This document shows, one piece after another, positions 29,628 to 39,868 of a DNA stretch of 64,000 bases; positions within the stretch are counted from its first letter, which is position 1; the number at the start of each line of letters is the position of its first letter. Under the pieces are notes generated by a model that saw only the letters and a program-made list of their open reading frames with translations, searched no databases and was not told the origin of the DNA. The stretch is from contig CAWAIF010000003.1 in the NCBI GenBank assembly GCA_963782055.1, positions 5,440,001-5,504,000 on the forward strand. The letters run 5' to 3'. The position numbers and the translations under genes are program-made. Source of the DNA: an uncultured delta proteobacterium (GTDB lineage: Bacteria > Myxococcota_A > Polyangia > Polyangiales > Polyangiaceae).

Positions 29628-30791
29628 TCACCACGCGAGCGCGGGGAACGGTCGACCGGGCCTGGCGAAGAGGAAGCCCTGGAGCAGATCGCAGCCCAGG
29701 TCCACGAGCACGTCCCGCTCCTCCGGGCGCTCGATCCCCTCCGCGACCACCAGCATGCCGAGCTCGTGGGCGACGCCGACCATGGCCGTCACGAGCGAGC
29801 GCTTCACCGGCTCGCGGTCCACGTCCCGGGTGATCGCCATGTCCAGCTTGACCAGCTCCGGCTCCATGAGCGCGAAGCTCGTGAGCCCGGCGTAGCCGGC
29901 GCCCAGGTCGTCCACCGCGATGCGGTAGCCCATCGCCCGCAGATCGCGGATGCGTGCCTTGGCGTCGGGCACCTCGTCCAGGGCGACGCGTTCGGTGATC
30001 TCCAGCACCACCCGCGACGCCATGCGCGCGAGCGCGGTGTCCGTGTCGTAGAGCGTGGCGTCCAGCAGGTCGCGCGCGTGGAGGTTGACGAAGAGCTGGC
30101 CGCAGGCCTCCTGGCTCGCCGGCTCCGGCGCCAGGCGGCGGATCGTCTGCCCCAGCCGGTGCACGAGCTGCAGGCGCTCGGCGGCGTCGAAGAGGGCGCC
30201 CGGGTGCGGCAGCGCCGGCTCCACGCTCCGGACGAGCGCCTCGTGCCCGAACACCTTGCGAGACCGGATGTCGACGATGGGCTGGTAGGCCATCCACAGC
30301 GTGCCGAGCGCGCGATCGAAGGTGGCCTGCAGGCCGGCGCGATCGCCGATCAGCTTCTCGCCATCACCAAGGAGGCCGAGCGCATCACGCTTGATGCGCG
30401 CGAGCCGGCACAGGCGGACCGCGTGCAGCGTGGTGGCGACGAGGTCGTCGTTCCGGAAGGGCTTGACGATGTAGCGCAGGGCCCCGAGCTCCACCGCCCG
30501 GATCGCCGTGTCCAGGCTGGGGGCCCCGGTCATCAGCAGGACCGGTACGTCCAGATCGCGCTCGCGGATGCGCCGGAGCAGGGCGATGCCGTCCAGACCG
30601 GGCATCTGGATGTCACTCAGCACCGCGTCGAAGGTGTGGCGGCCCAGCTCGGCGATCGCCGAGGCGCCATCGCCGACGGCCACGACATCGTACCCGGCGC
30701 GGGTCAGCAGGCGGTTGCAGACGGAGCGCAGGCCGTCCTCGTCGTCCACGACCAGCACGGAGCGTTTCGGTTCGGTGGCGAGCTGCGACAT
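29628..30791 (-). CDS. Response regulator receiver plus EAL c-di-GMP phosphodiesterase
   Basis: VVDDE, SDIQMPGLDG, IVKPF; YQPIVD, HEALVR, FVNL, LEITER, DDLGAGYAGL, KLD, VAEGIE, LQGFLFARP. Confidence 0.95.
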   Translation of the reverse strand: MSQLATEPKRSVLVVDDEDGLRSVCNRLLTRAGYDVVAVGDGASAIAELGRHTFDAVLSDIQMPGLDGIALLRRIRERDLDVPVLLMTGAPSLDTAIRAVELGALRYIVKPFRNDDLVATTLHAVRLCRLARIKRDALGLLGDGEKLIGDRAGLQATFDRALGTLWMAYQPIVDIRSRKVFGHEALVRSVEPALPHPGALFDAAERLQLVHRLGQTIRRLAPEPASQEACGQLFVNLHARDLLDATLYDTDTALARMASRVVLEITERVALDEVPDAKARIRDLRAMGYRIAVDDLGAGYAGLTSFALMEPELVKLDMAITRDVDREPVKRSLVTAMVGVAHELGMLVVAEGIERPEERDVLVDLGCDLLQGFLFARPGRPFPALAW

Positions 30792-30918
30792 CGTCTCCTT
30801 GGAGGCGGGCGCACGGTCGAATCGGCCGGCGCACCAACCTCCAAGTATCGAGGAGGGGCCTCAAATGTCGATACACCCCAGGGTGTAGACGCGGCGCGTC
30901 AGGGCGCGCACATCCTCC

Positions 30919-32469
30919 TCAATGGGGCGGCTCGGGCGGGGGCTGGGTCTCGTCCTGCACACAGGACGAGAGGTCGAAGAAGAGGAACTCCAGGGCCATC
31001 TCGTCGGCGGCGTGCGGGCTCTTGTTCGGGTCGGTGGCGCAGTAGCTCGGGAAGCTGCCGTACGGGGCGTCGGAGAGGTGCACGTCGGAGAAGATCGCCT
31101 TGCCGCACTGGTTCTGCACGTTCGTCGACACGGGCGTGTTGAAGCTGAAGTAGTAGGCGTCGTAGTTGCTCTTGATGTCGCCGTTGTACAGCCACGGGGT
31201 GGCGGTGCCGGCGGCGACCAGGCTCGACGAGAGCTGCCCCATGTCGTAGCGGATGTCGTTCAGCCCGGCGTAGCCGTGCTGCTCGCCGCCGCCGATGGAG
31301 GGGTCGATCTTGGTATTGTTGTCCTTGTACCAGTCGGCGAACGCCTGGCCCTTGGGGATCGCCACGTCGATGTTGAAGCAGCGGTCGACGTTGTAGCCAC
31401 CGAGCGGGCAGTAGGTCGAGTGGGTGTTGTCCGGCAGGTACTGGTTGCCTTCCCATGCGCCCACCGTCGGCAGCGGGTTCTGCCCCTGGCAGGTGTTGTC
31501 GTAGCCGCCGCACTGCGCCTTGGTGGAGAAGAAGTTGTAGAAGAAGTGAGTGGCGAAGGCGCGACCGCCGCCGTTCAGGTAGGCGAGCATGTTCTTGTAG
31601 CCCTGGTTCGTGCCGCCGGCGCCGCCGCGATCGAACGTGGAGCACTCGCACGCGTCGAAGACGATGTCGTGCTTGAGCATCTCCGCGGACGAGGCCCACA
31701 GGGCGGTGGCGCTGCCCGACCCGCCGGAGAAGGTCTGCCCGTCGTCGTACTGGCTCTTGTAGACGTGGACGCGGCCCTTGCCGGTGGGGCTGGTGAACTC
31801 GCTCGGGTCGATGCCGATGCGCGACTTGAGGAAGCACTCGGCGCCGTCGCAGCCGGTGGTGAGGGCGATGAGGGGGATGTTGTCGTCGGGGGAGGTCTCG
31901 TGCTGCTTGCGGGGGAAGCGCAGCGACTTGTCCGGCTGCGGGTTGTCCGTGCACTGCTTGACGGTGCCGATGGTCAGGTGGCGGCGCCACTTGCCGAGCT
32001 GCAACACCAGCGGGATGCTCGAGCCGACCGGCACGTCCTTCAGGGTGAAGCTGCCGTCCGCCTTCGTGGTCGTGGAGACGACGGGGTTGCCGGAGGCGGG
32101 CGCCTGGCACGCGGTGCACGTCACGCCCTGCGCGAAGGGCTGCAGCGGGGCGTTGGGGACGTAGACGTAGACGTTGTAGAGCGGGTTGACGCCCGCGGGA
32201 TCGTAGACCTTGCCGCTGATGCTCGTCGTCGCGCCGCCGCCGCAGGTGACCTGCTGGCACTCCAGGTTGACGCACGGGTGCGCGCCGTCGGTGTCGGCGT
32301 CGCCGAGGTCGATGACCGGATCGCCGTCGTTCTGCCCGACCGCGCCGTCGTCGGTGCCGGCGCCGGCGTCGCCGAAGCGGTTGTCTGTGGGGCCTCCGCA
32401 GGCGGAGAACACCATGGCCGCGGCGAAGGCGGTGACGCTCAAGACAGTGATCGGAGTAAGCAACCGCAT
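30919..32469 (-). CDS. Myxobacterial lipoprotein with carboxypeptidase-regulatory-like N-terminal domain
   Basis: Lipobox FSAC; SISGKVYDPAG, ADGSFTLKDVP, LGKWRR; C-terminus CGKAIFSDVH...LEFLFFDLSSCV. Confidence 0.75.
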   Translation of the reverse strand: MRLLTPITVLSVTAFAAAMVFSACGGPTDNRFGDAGAGTDDGAVGQNDGDPVIDLGDADTDGAHPCVNLECQQVTCGGGATTSISGKVYDPAGVNPLYNVYVYVPNAPLQPFAQGVTCTACQAPASGNPVVSTTTKADGSFTLKDVPVGSSIPLVLQLGKWRRHLTIGTVKQCTDNPQPDKSLRFPRKQHETSPDDNIPLIALTTGCDGAECFLKSRIGIDPSEFTSPTGKGRVHVYKSQYDDGQTFSGGSGSATALWASSAEMLKHDIVFDACECSTFDRGGAGGTNQGYKNMLAYLNGGGRAFATHFFYNFFSTKAQCGGYDNTCQGQNPLPTVGAWEGNQYLPDNTHSTYCPLGGYNVDRCFNIDVAIPKGQAFADWYKDNNTKIDPSIGGGEQHGYAGLNDIRYDMGQLSSSLVAAGTATPWLYNGDIKSNYDAYYFSFNTPVSTNVQNQCGKAIFSDVHLSDAPYGSFPSYCATDPNKSPHAADEMALEFLFFDLSSCVQDETQPPPEPPH

Positions 32470-32632
32470 GAAGAGGCTCCTTGAAAGGACGGGCGCACGC
32501 TGGTCGGTCGCTCCACCGAACGCGGGGGGGAGCGGTCCGCCAGCCGGGTTGATCTTGGAGGATCGGCGTGCGGTTGCAAGAGAATTGAGGTCGTTGACGC
32601 GCTGAGCCAGCCCTGTTTCCGGGACGGGCAGG

Positions 32633-32705
32633 CGCCCCCGAGACGATTCGAACGTCCGACCAACGGTTTAGGAAACCGCTGCTCTATCCTCTGAGCTACG
32701 GGGGC
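32633..32705 (-). tRNA. tRNA-Arg(CCT), canonical
   Basis: GCCCCCG TA GCTC AGAGGATA GAGC A GCGGT TT-CCT-AA ACCGT TGGTC GGACG TTCGAAT CGTCT CGGGGGC G; full cloverleaf, CCA not encoded. Confidence 0.97.
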
Positions 32706-32865
32706 CGAAAAGGGCGCGGAGCATGCCACAGGGGCGCCTGGCGGCCAACCTGGACGGACGCCCGGCGCTTGCGCGACTGACCGGCGCCGGCCGCGGGGTG
32801 CCGCGCCGGCCTGCGTGATATCACCAGTGCGCACCCGGCTGGCGGGCTGCGGAATCGAAGGCTGC

Positions 32866-34080
32866 GTGAAGGGCTTGCTCCGTCGTCCCCTCTTCTGGAT
32901 CGCGCTGGCGCTCCTCGGCGTGGCCGCAGCGGTGCTCGTCGTCCGCTCCCGCGGGCCGCGCGTGGAGGTGGTCGCCATCATGTGTCGGGACATCGAGCAG
33001 CACGTGGTGGCGAGCGGGCGGGTGATGCCACCGGCGCGCATCAGCGTGGCGTCCAACGTGGCCGGGCTCGTCGTGGCGGTCGGCGCGGTGGAGGGGGAGC
33101 ACGTCAAGGAAGGCGCGCTGCTGGTGCAGATCGACGACGCCGAGGAGCGCGCGCAGGTGGCGCAGGCGAAGGCCGCCGTGGCGCAGGCGAGCGCGAGGGT
33201 GGACCAGCTGCGGCGGGTCGGGGCCATCGTGGCCAACCAGAGCCTCAGCCAGGCGCAGACGAACCTGGACAAGGCGACGCTGGACTACGAGCGCGCAAAG
33301 GGCCTCGTGAAGGCCGGCGCCATCCCGCAGACCGAGCTCGAGCAGGCGCGCCAGGGGCTCGACGTCGCGCGCGCCCAGAAGAACTCGGCGGAGGCGCAGC
33401 AGCTCGCGGCCACGCCGATGGGCGCGGACTCGCGCGTGGCGCTGAGCGCGCTGATGCAGGCGCGGGCGCAGCAGCGCGGGGCGGAGGTGCGGCTGGCGGA
33501 GACCCGCCTCACCGCCGCGCACGACGGGGTGGTGCTGACGCGCGCGGTGGAGGTGGGCGACAACGTCCAGCCGGGGCGCGCGCTGATGACCATGGCGGCG
33601 GACGGCGACGTGGAGCTCGTCTTCCAGCCGGACGAGCGCAACCTGGCGACCATCGCGCTGGGGGAGAAGGGTCGCGCGTCGGCCGACGCCTTCCCGCGCG
33701 ACGCGTTCGACGCCCAGGTGAGCTACATCGCGCCGTCGATCGACCCGCAGCGGGGCACGGTGGAGGTGCGCCTGCGCGTCCCCTCCCCGCCCGCGTACCT
33801 GAAGCCGGACATGACGGTGTCCATCGACCTGACGGTGGCGTCGAGGAAGCAGGCGCTGGTGATCCCGTCGACCGCGGTGCACGGGATGGCCACGCCCGCC
33901 CCGTGGGCGCTGGCGGTGGAGGGCGGCCGCGCGGTGCGCAAGGACCTGAAGCTGGGGCTCACCGGCGACGGCGACGTGGAGGTCGTGGGCGGCCTCGCGG
34001 AGGGCGCCCAGGTGATCGTGCCCGACGGACAGAGCGTGCGGCCGGGCGAGCGCGTGCGCGCCGTCCCGGGAGGGGGGTGA
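32866..34080 (+). CDS. Efflux periplasmic adaptor (MacA/HlyD family)
   Basis: N-terminal TM, VVASGRV, lipoyl halves (VEGEHVKEGALLVQID; DGVVL..VEVGDNVQPG), coiled coil, YLKPDMTVSID. Confidence 0.9.
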   Translation: MKGLLRRPLFWIALALLGVAAAVLVVRSRGPRVEVVAIMCRDIEQHVVASGRVMPPARISVASNVAGLVVAVGAVEGEHVKEGALLVQIDDAEERAQVAQAKAAVAQASARVDQLRRVGAIVANQSLSQAQTNLDKATLDYERAKGLVKAGAIPQTELEQARQGLDVARAQKNSAEAQQLAATPMGADSRVALSALMQARAQQRGAEVRLAETRLTAAHDGVVLTRAVEVGDNVQPGRALMTMAADGDVELVFQPDERNLATIALGEKGRASADAFPRDAFDAQVSYIAPSIDPQRGTVEVRLRVPSPPAYLKPDMTVSIDLTVASRKQALVIPSTAVHGMATPAPWALAVEGGRAVRKDLKLGLTGDGDVEVVGGLAEGAQVIVPDGQSVRPGERVRAVPGGG

Positions 34081-34083
34081 GCC

Positions 34084-35290
34084 GTGCCCTTCGAGTGGTT
34101 CGTCGCGCTGCGCTACATGCGCGAGGCGAAGGCGCAGACCGTGCTCATCCTCTCGGCGGTCGCGGTGGGGGTGAGCGTGATCGTCTTCCTCTCTGCGCTC
34201 ATCAACGGCCTGCAAACGAGCCTCGTCGCGAAGACGCTCGGGTCGCAGCCGCACGTCACCCTGCGCCCGCCCGAGGAGGTGCCGCGCCCGCTCGATGACG
34301 GCAAGGTCGCCGTCGCGCGCACGGTGGAGAAGGCGTCGCAGCGCCTCAAGTCGATCGACGAGTGGCCCAAGGTCGTGGCCAAGGTGGAGGCCATCCCCGG
34401 CGTGGTGGCGGTCTCGCCGGCGGTGACCGGCGCGGGCTTCGCCGAGCGAGGCAACGCCAGGCGCGCCGTCGTGGTGCGCGGCGTGGACCCCGAGCGCTTC
34501 CTGCAGGTCATCGACGTGAAGGCGAAGACGACCTCCGGACGCTTCGACGTCTCCGGCGCCAACGTGGTCATCGGCTCGCAGCTGGCGGACGACCTGGGCG
34601 TCGCCGTCGGCGACAAGATCCGCCTCACGACCACCGAGGGCCATGAGGAGGTGGTGCCCATCGCCGGGATCTTCGAGCTGGGCAACAAGGGCGTCGACCA
34701 GACGTGGGTGCTCACCTCCCTGCGGCAGGCGCAGTCGCTCTACGCCCTCCCCGGTGGCGCGACCACGCTGGAGGTCAAGGTGGCCCAGGTGTTCGACGCG
34801 GAGAGGATCGCCGGGGAGATCCACGACCGCACGGGCCTGCAGTCCGACAGCTGGATGAAGGTCAATGCTCAGCTTCTGGTCGGGCTGCGATCGCAGAACA
34901 GCTCCAAGTACATGATCGAGTTCTTCGTGGTCCTCGCGGTGGCGCTCGGCATCGCGAGCGTGCTCATCGTCTCGGTGGTGCAGAAGTCGAAGGAGATCGG
35001 CATCCTGCGCGCGTGCGGCACGCCGGCGCGGCGCGTGCTCTCGGTGTTCCTCATCCAGGGCGGCCTGCTCGGCCTCTGCGGCTCGTTCGTGGGCTGCGGC
35101 CTGGGCGCCCTCTTCGCGCTCTTCTTCGAGCGGCTGGCGAGCAACCCCGACGGCACGCCGCAGTTCCCGGTGGACCTCGCGCCGAGCCTCTTCGCCGGGG
35201 CCACTGCCCTCGCCGTGGGGGTCGGGCTGGTGGCCGCGGTCCTGCCCGCGCGGCGCGCGGCGCGCCTCGACCCGGCGACGGCGATCCGCA

Positions 35291-35298
<8 letters not shown>
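34084..35298 (+). CDS. ABC transporter permease (LolC/E-MacB/FtsX family)
   Basis: [36 protein letters not shown]; four-TM FtsX architecture. Confidence 0.92.
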
Positions 35299-35989
<691 letters not shown>

Positions 35990-36005
35990 CCGCCCCGCGG
36001 CACCG

Positions 36006-37562
36006 GTGATACCCTCCCCGTCCGCCTTGAGCGCCCTGCCCAACTTCGCCGCCGCCATCCAGCAGGACCTGCGCAACGGCGAGGTCGCCGGCGTCGCCAT
36101 CGCGATCGTGCTGGTCGGCGTGCTCTGGCTGCTGCTGCCCCAGCGCGGCAAGCGGCTCGCGCGGCAGCCGGTGGTGATGCTCGTCCTGCACCTGGTGGCG
36201 CACACGCTCATGCGCGTGGTGGTCACCTCGGAGGGCACGCTGCGCGTCGGCGTGAGCATCTCTGCGGTGGTGTTCCTGCTCGCGTCGATCGGCCGCAGCG
36301 CGGTGCTGCTCGTCCTCGACGTGGGGCTGGGGCGCAGGCTCACCAAGCCGCTGCCCAAGATCATCCGCGATCTGGTGCAGGGCGTCGTCTACGTCTTCGT
36401 CGCGCTCGCCTCGCTGCGCGCCGCGGGCATCGAGCCGGGGTCCATCCTGACGACGTCCGCCGTGCTCACCGCGGTCATCGGCCTGTCTCTCCAGGACACG
36501 ATGGGCAACCTCTTCGCCGGACTCGCGCTGCAGATGCAGACGCCCTTCGTCGTCGGCGACTGGATCCAGTACGACGACGTGGCGTCCCACCTGGGCAAGG
36601 TCATCGAGGTCAACTGGCGCGCCACCAAGGTGGTCACGCTGGACGACGTGGAGATCGTCGTCCCCAACGGCGTGCTGGCGAAGGCGCCGATCATCAACTA
36701 CTCGCGGCCGGGCGGGCCGGTGGCGCGATCGGTGGTGGTGAGCGTGCTGCTGTCCATCCCGCCGAAGAAGGTGCAGCGGGTGCTGCTGGACGCCATGCGC
36801 GACATCGACGGCGTGCTTTCGGACCCTCCGCCCACGGTCTTCACCAGCAACTTCAACGACTGCGGCACCGAGCTGAAGGTGCGCTTCTGGACCGACCAGT
36901 TCCACCGGCGCTTCGCCATCGACGGCGAGGTGCTGGATCGCATCTGGTACGCGCTGGAACGAGCCGGCACGCCCATGGCCTGGCCCACGCGCGAGCACTA
37001 CGTCCACCAGGTGACGGAGGAGACGGAGGCGCGCGCGGCGAAGGAGCGCGCGTCGAGCCACCTGGAGGCCATGCGCAGCGTCGACTTCCTCGCCGCGCTG
37101 CCGGAGGAGGAGGTCACCCGGCTCGCCGGCTACGCGCGCTCGCACCTGTACGCCCGCGGCGAGGGCATCGTGCGGCGGGGCGACAAGACCAACGAGCTCT
37201 TCGTCGTGCGCGACGGCGAGGTGAAGGTGATGGTGCCCGCGGGCAGGGGCGGGGCCCTGACCGAGGTGGCGCGCCTGGGGCCCGGGAAGTTCTTCGGCGA
37301 GATGGCGCTGATGACCGGCGAGCCGCGCAACGCCGACGTGGTCGCGGCGACGGACACCGAGCTGATCGCCATCGGCTTCGAGGCCTTCCACGCGACGCTG
37401 AAGGCGCACCCCGAGCTCGCCGACAGGGTGAGCCGCGTGCTCGCCGAGCGACAGGCCAAGCTGTCCGAGCACGTCGCGCGCAACTCGGAGGAGACGAAGA
37501 AGCAGATCGAGGAGACGCAGTCGCAGCTCCTCGGCAAGATCCGCCACTTCTTCTCGCTGTGA
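36006..37562 (+). CDS. MscS-family channel fused to a C-terminal cyclic-nucleotide-binding domain
   Basis: [34 protein letters not shown] (MscS core); [22 protein letters not shown] (cNMP-binding). Confidence 0.92.
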   Translation: MIPSPSALSALPNFAAAIQQDLRNGEVAGVAIAIVLVGVLWLLLPQRGKRLARQPVVMLVLHLVAHTLMRVVVTSEGTLRVGVSISAVVFLLASIGRSAVLLVLDVGLGRRLTKPLPKIIRDLVQGVVYVFVALASLRAAGIEPGSILTTSAVLTAVIGLSLQDTMGNLFAGLALQMQTPFVVGDWIQYDDVASHLGKVIEVNWRATKVVTLDDVEIVVPNGVLAKAPIINYSRPGGPVARSVVVSVLLSIPPKKVQRVLLDAMRDIDGVLSDPPPTVFTSNFNDCGTELKVRFWTDQFHRRFAIDGEVLDRIWYALERAGTPMAWPTREHYVHQVTEETEARAAKERASSHLEAMRSVDFLAALPEEEVTRLAGYARSHLYARGEGIVRRGDKTNELFVVRDGEVKVMVPAGRGGALTEVARLGPGKFFGEMALMTGEPRNADVVAATDTELIAIGFEAFHATLKAHPELADRVSRVLAERQAKLSEHVARNSEETKKQIEETQSQLLGKIRHFFSL

Positions 37563-38255
37563 TCAGGCGAAGGCGCGCGCCAGCCCGAACGCCGCCACCG
37601 CCGCGAGTCCGCCGATGAGCAGCGTCTGCAGCGCGCCGCGCCACGAGGGGACGTCGGTGAAGCGCGCCTTGACGGCCCCGAAGACGAGCAGCGCCACGGC
37701 GGTGAGGGCGGTGGAGAAGAGCAGGCCTCGCCGCGCCTCCGGGACGAGGAAGTAGGGGAGCAGCGGCAGCGCGGCGCCCGCGGCGTAGGACCCGCCGATG
37801 GTGAGCGCGCTCCACACCGCCCGCTTCGGGTCCGGCGCCTCCAGCCCGAGCTCGAAGCGCATCATGAAGGCGACCCACTTCTCCGGGGAGCGCGTGAGCG
37901 CCTCGACGACGGGCCGGCTCTCCTCGCTGCTCAGGCCCAGGTCGGCGAGGACGGCGCGCACCTCCTCCTCCTCCAGGTGCGGGACCATCTGCACCTCGCG
38001 CTGCTCGCGCGCGTGCTCGGCGGCGTAGTGCTCGGCGTCGCCGCGCGCGGCGAGGAACCCACCGAGGCCCATGGCGATGGCGCCCGCCGCGACCTCGGCG
38101 AGCCCCGCGGTGACCACGATGTGCGAGGACGCGACCGCGCCGGAGAGGCCGGCGGCGAGCGCGAAGGGCACGGTGAGGCCGTCGGACATGCCGATGACGA
38201 CGTCGCGGACGGTGTCGCCGCCGGAGAAGTGCCGCTCGACGTGCGTCTTGGACAT
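37563..38255 (-). CDS. VIT1/CCC1 family Fe/Mn transporter
   Basis: VRDVVIGMSDGLTVPFALAAGL, AGAIAMGLGG, FMMRFELGLE; start ATG 38255. Confidence 0.93.
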   Translation of the reverse strand: MSKTHVERHFSGGDTVRDVVIGMSDGLTVPFALAAGLSGAVASSHIVVTAGLAEVAAGAIAMGLGGFLAARGDAEHYAAEHAREQREVQMVPHLEEEEVRAVLADLGLSSEESRPVVEALTRSPEKWVAFMMRFELGLEAPDPKRAVWSALTIGGSYAAGAALPLLPYFLVPEARRGLLFSTALTAVALLVFGAVKARFTDVPSWRGALQTLLIGGLAAVAAFGLARAFA

Positions 38256-38289
38256 GCGGGCGATGCTAGCCGCCCGCGGTGCCGCGCGC

Positions 38290-38991
38290 CTACGGCAGGT
38301 AGCAGACGGTGGCGACGAGCTGCGTGGCGTCCAGGCTCCCGCCGGCGCCGCCCCAGCCGACGACGAAATCCACGGTGTCCCCCACGTCCACCGGCTCCGT
38401 GAGGCCGAAGGCCGCGTCGCCGCCGGAGGCGTCGCCCAGGTTGATCTCACCGTCGAAGAGCGAGCCGGCGCCGTGGAGGACGTGCACGTCCACGGTCGTC
38501 GGCGGCTTGATGGAGAGGCCGACGAAGCGCCCGCCGAGCGCGATGGTCCGCTTGACGGGTGAGGTCCACCGTACGACGGCGGACTCCCCTTCGAGCCCCG
38601 GCATCAGGACGACCGCGCCCGCCGGCACGTCGGCCGTCTGGAACCAGGTCACGGTCTGCGAGGTCGGGTTGAAGCCCACCGCCGGCTGCGCCCCGCCCGT
38701 CAGGGAGGTCACCCACAGGTCGGCCGGACCGAAGGCCTGCTCGTTCGGGAGCGGGCTGAAGATCCCGGGCTCGAACTCGTAGCCGTAGCTCCACGGGCCC
38801 GTCGGGTTGTCGGTGAGGGAGAAGTCGACGGCGACGTCGTCGCAGTGCGGCGTCGGGCCGGCCTCGGGCACGCCGGCGTCGAAGAGGAAGGAGGCGTCGG
38901 GCACGGCGGGCTGCGGCCGCGGAGGCAGGTCGATGCGGGTGCACGCCGCGACCGCGGGCGACACCAGGACGAGGAAGACGAGCCGGCGCAC
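38290..38991 (-). CDS. Hypothetical lipoprotein with beta-sandwich domain
   Basis: GTG 38991, lipobox VAAC, DAG linker, DFS..NP.GPWSYG, VVRWTSP, GDTVDFVVG. Confidence 0.65.
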   Translation of the reverse strand: MRRLVFLVLVSPAVAACTRIDLPPRPQPAVPDASFLFDAGVPEAGPTPHCDDVAVDFSLTDNPTGPWSYGYEFEPGIFSPLPNEQAFGPADLWVTSLTGGAQPAVGFNPTSQTVTWFQTADVPAGAVVLMPGLEGESAVVRWTSPVKRTIALGGRFVGLSIKPPTTVDVHVLHGAGSLFDGEINLGDASGGDAAFGLTEPVDVGDTVDFVVGWGGAGGSLDATQLVATVCYLP

Positions 38992-39016
38992 GATGGGCTC
39001 ATCATAGCGCTCTTTG

Positions 39017-39100
39017 CGGAAGGAAGAGGACTCGCACCCCACGCGGAGACCGCGCGCGCTGTTTTCGAGACAGGCCCGACGCTTGGTCGGTTTTCCTTCC
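39017..39100 (-). tRNA. Non-canonical tRNA-Ser(CGA)-like gene
   Basis: GGAAGGA AAA CCGAC-CAAGC-GTCGG GC CTGT CT-CGA-AA ACAG CGCG CGCGG-TCT-CCGCG T GGGG TGCGAGT CCTC T TCCTTCC G. Perfect 7-bp acceptor, G73, long variable arm; atypical A8, 5-bp D-stem, T-loop TGCGAGT, one terminal mismatch in each of the anticodon and T stems. Confidence 0.75.
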
Positions 39101-39102
39101 AG

Positions 39103-39128
39103 TCTCGCGCCGGATGCCCGGCGCGAGA
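39103..39128 (-). other. Perfect 11-bp hairpin between the HNH stop and the tRNA-Ser-like gene
   Basis: Plus strand TCTCGCGCCGG-ATGC-CCGGCGCGAGA. No U-tract follows on the minus strand; it ends 2 nt before the tRNA 5' end. Confidence 0.7.
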
Positions 39129-39139
39129 TCCCGCCTTGT

Positions 39140-39643
39140 TCACGCGCAGAACACCTGCCACGGGGCGGGGACGGTGGCGGGGTCGACCTGCAGCGCCGTC
39201 GTCGCCGGCAGCCACGAGGGCTTCACCGGCTTGGAGAGCAGGCGCATGTGCGCCTCCTCCGGCGTGCGGCCGCCCTTCCTGTCGTTGCAGGCGCGGCACG
39301 CGGTCACGATGTTCGTCCAGTCCGTCGGGCCTCCGCGGGCGCGGGGCACGACGTGGTCGTAGGTGAGCTCGCGCATCGCCCGGCGGGCGCCGCAGTACTG
39401 GCAGCGGAAGGCGTCGCGGGTGAAGACGTTCAGCCGCGAGAAGCGGACCGTCCGCCGCACCGGCACGTGGCCGCGCGTCAGCCGCACCACCGCGGGCGCC
39501 CGCACCGCGAGCGCCTGCGAGCGGATGATCTCGTCGTACTCGGCGACGACCTCGACCTTGCCGAGGAAGCTGAGCACGATCGCGCGCTGCCAGGGGATGA
39601 CCCTGTGCGGCGCCATCGCCGGCGTGAGCATGAGTGTCCGCAT
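39140..39643 (-). CDS. HNH endonuclease (McrA/HNH_5-like, zinc-binding)
   Basis: ATG 39643, 167 aa: FSRLNVFTRDAFRCQYCG, LTYDHVVPRARGG, WTNIVTACRACNDRKGGRTPEEA. Confidence 0.93.
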   Translation of the reverse strand: MRTLMLTPAMAPHRVIPWQRAIVLSFLGKVEVVAEYDEIIRSQALAVRAPAVVRLTRGHVPVRRTVRFSRLNVFTRDAFRCQYCGARRAMRELTYDHVVPRARGGPTDWTNIVTACRACNDRKGGRTPEEAHMRLLSKPVKPSWLPATTALQVDPATVPAPWQVFCA

Positions 39644-39734
39644 GACCGTTACCTTCGTCTCTTCCTCTTCACGAGGCTGCTGACGCGCGGCGCGGCTCGA
39701 GCCGGACGATGCCACCCGTCCGGGGTGGCGTCGG

Positions 39735-39806
39735 CGCCTCCGCCAAGAGTCGAACTTGGCCACCGAGCTTCGGAGGCTCGAGCCTGGATTCCGCCAGGAC
39801 GGAGGC
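39735..39806 (-). tRNA. Non-canonical tRNA-Arg(CCG)-like gene
   Basis: GCCTCCG T CCTGG-CGGAAT-CCAGG CT CGAGC CT-CCG-AA GCTCG GTGG CCAAG TTCGACT CTTGG CGGAGGC G. All four stems pair perfectly; atypical 5-bp D-stem with 6-nt loop; CCA not encoded. Confidence 0.85.
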
Positions 39807-39868
39807 CTGCGTCCACGGGTCCACGCGCCCTTCGGGTCGTGGGCCGGCCTTCGGCCGGACCTCGTGTG

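Noticed and set aside
32470..32705. Genomic island integrated at tRNA-Arg(CCT)
   Set aside because: No integrase, and I found no duplicate of the tRNA 3' end in the window; flanking genes look native.
39140..39643. IscB/Cas9-like RNA-guided nuclease (HEARO/OMEGA)
   Set aside because: Only 167 aa, with no RuvC segments, PLMP motif or bridge helix. Any RNA partnership would have to be of a different kind and remains a hypothesis.
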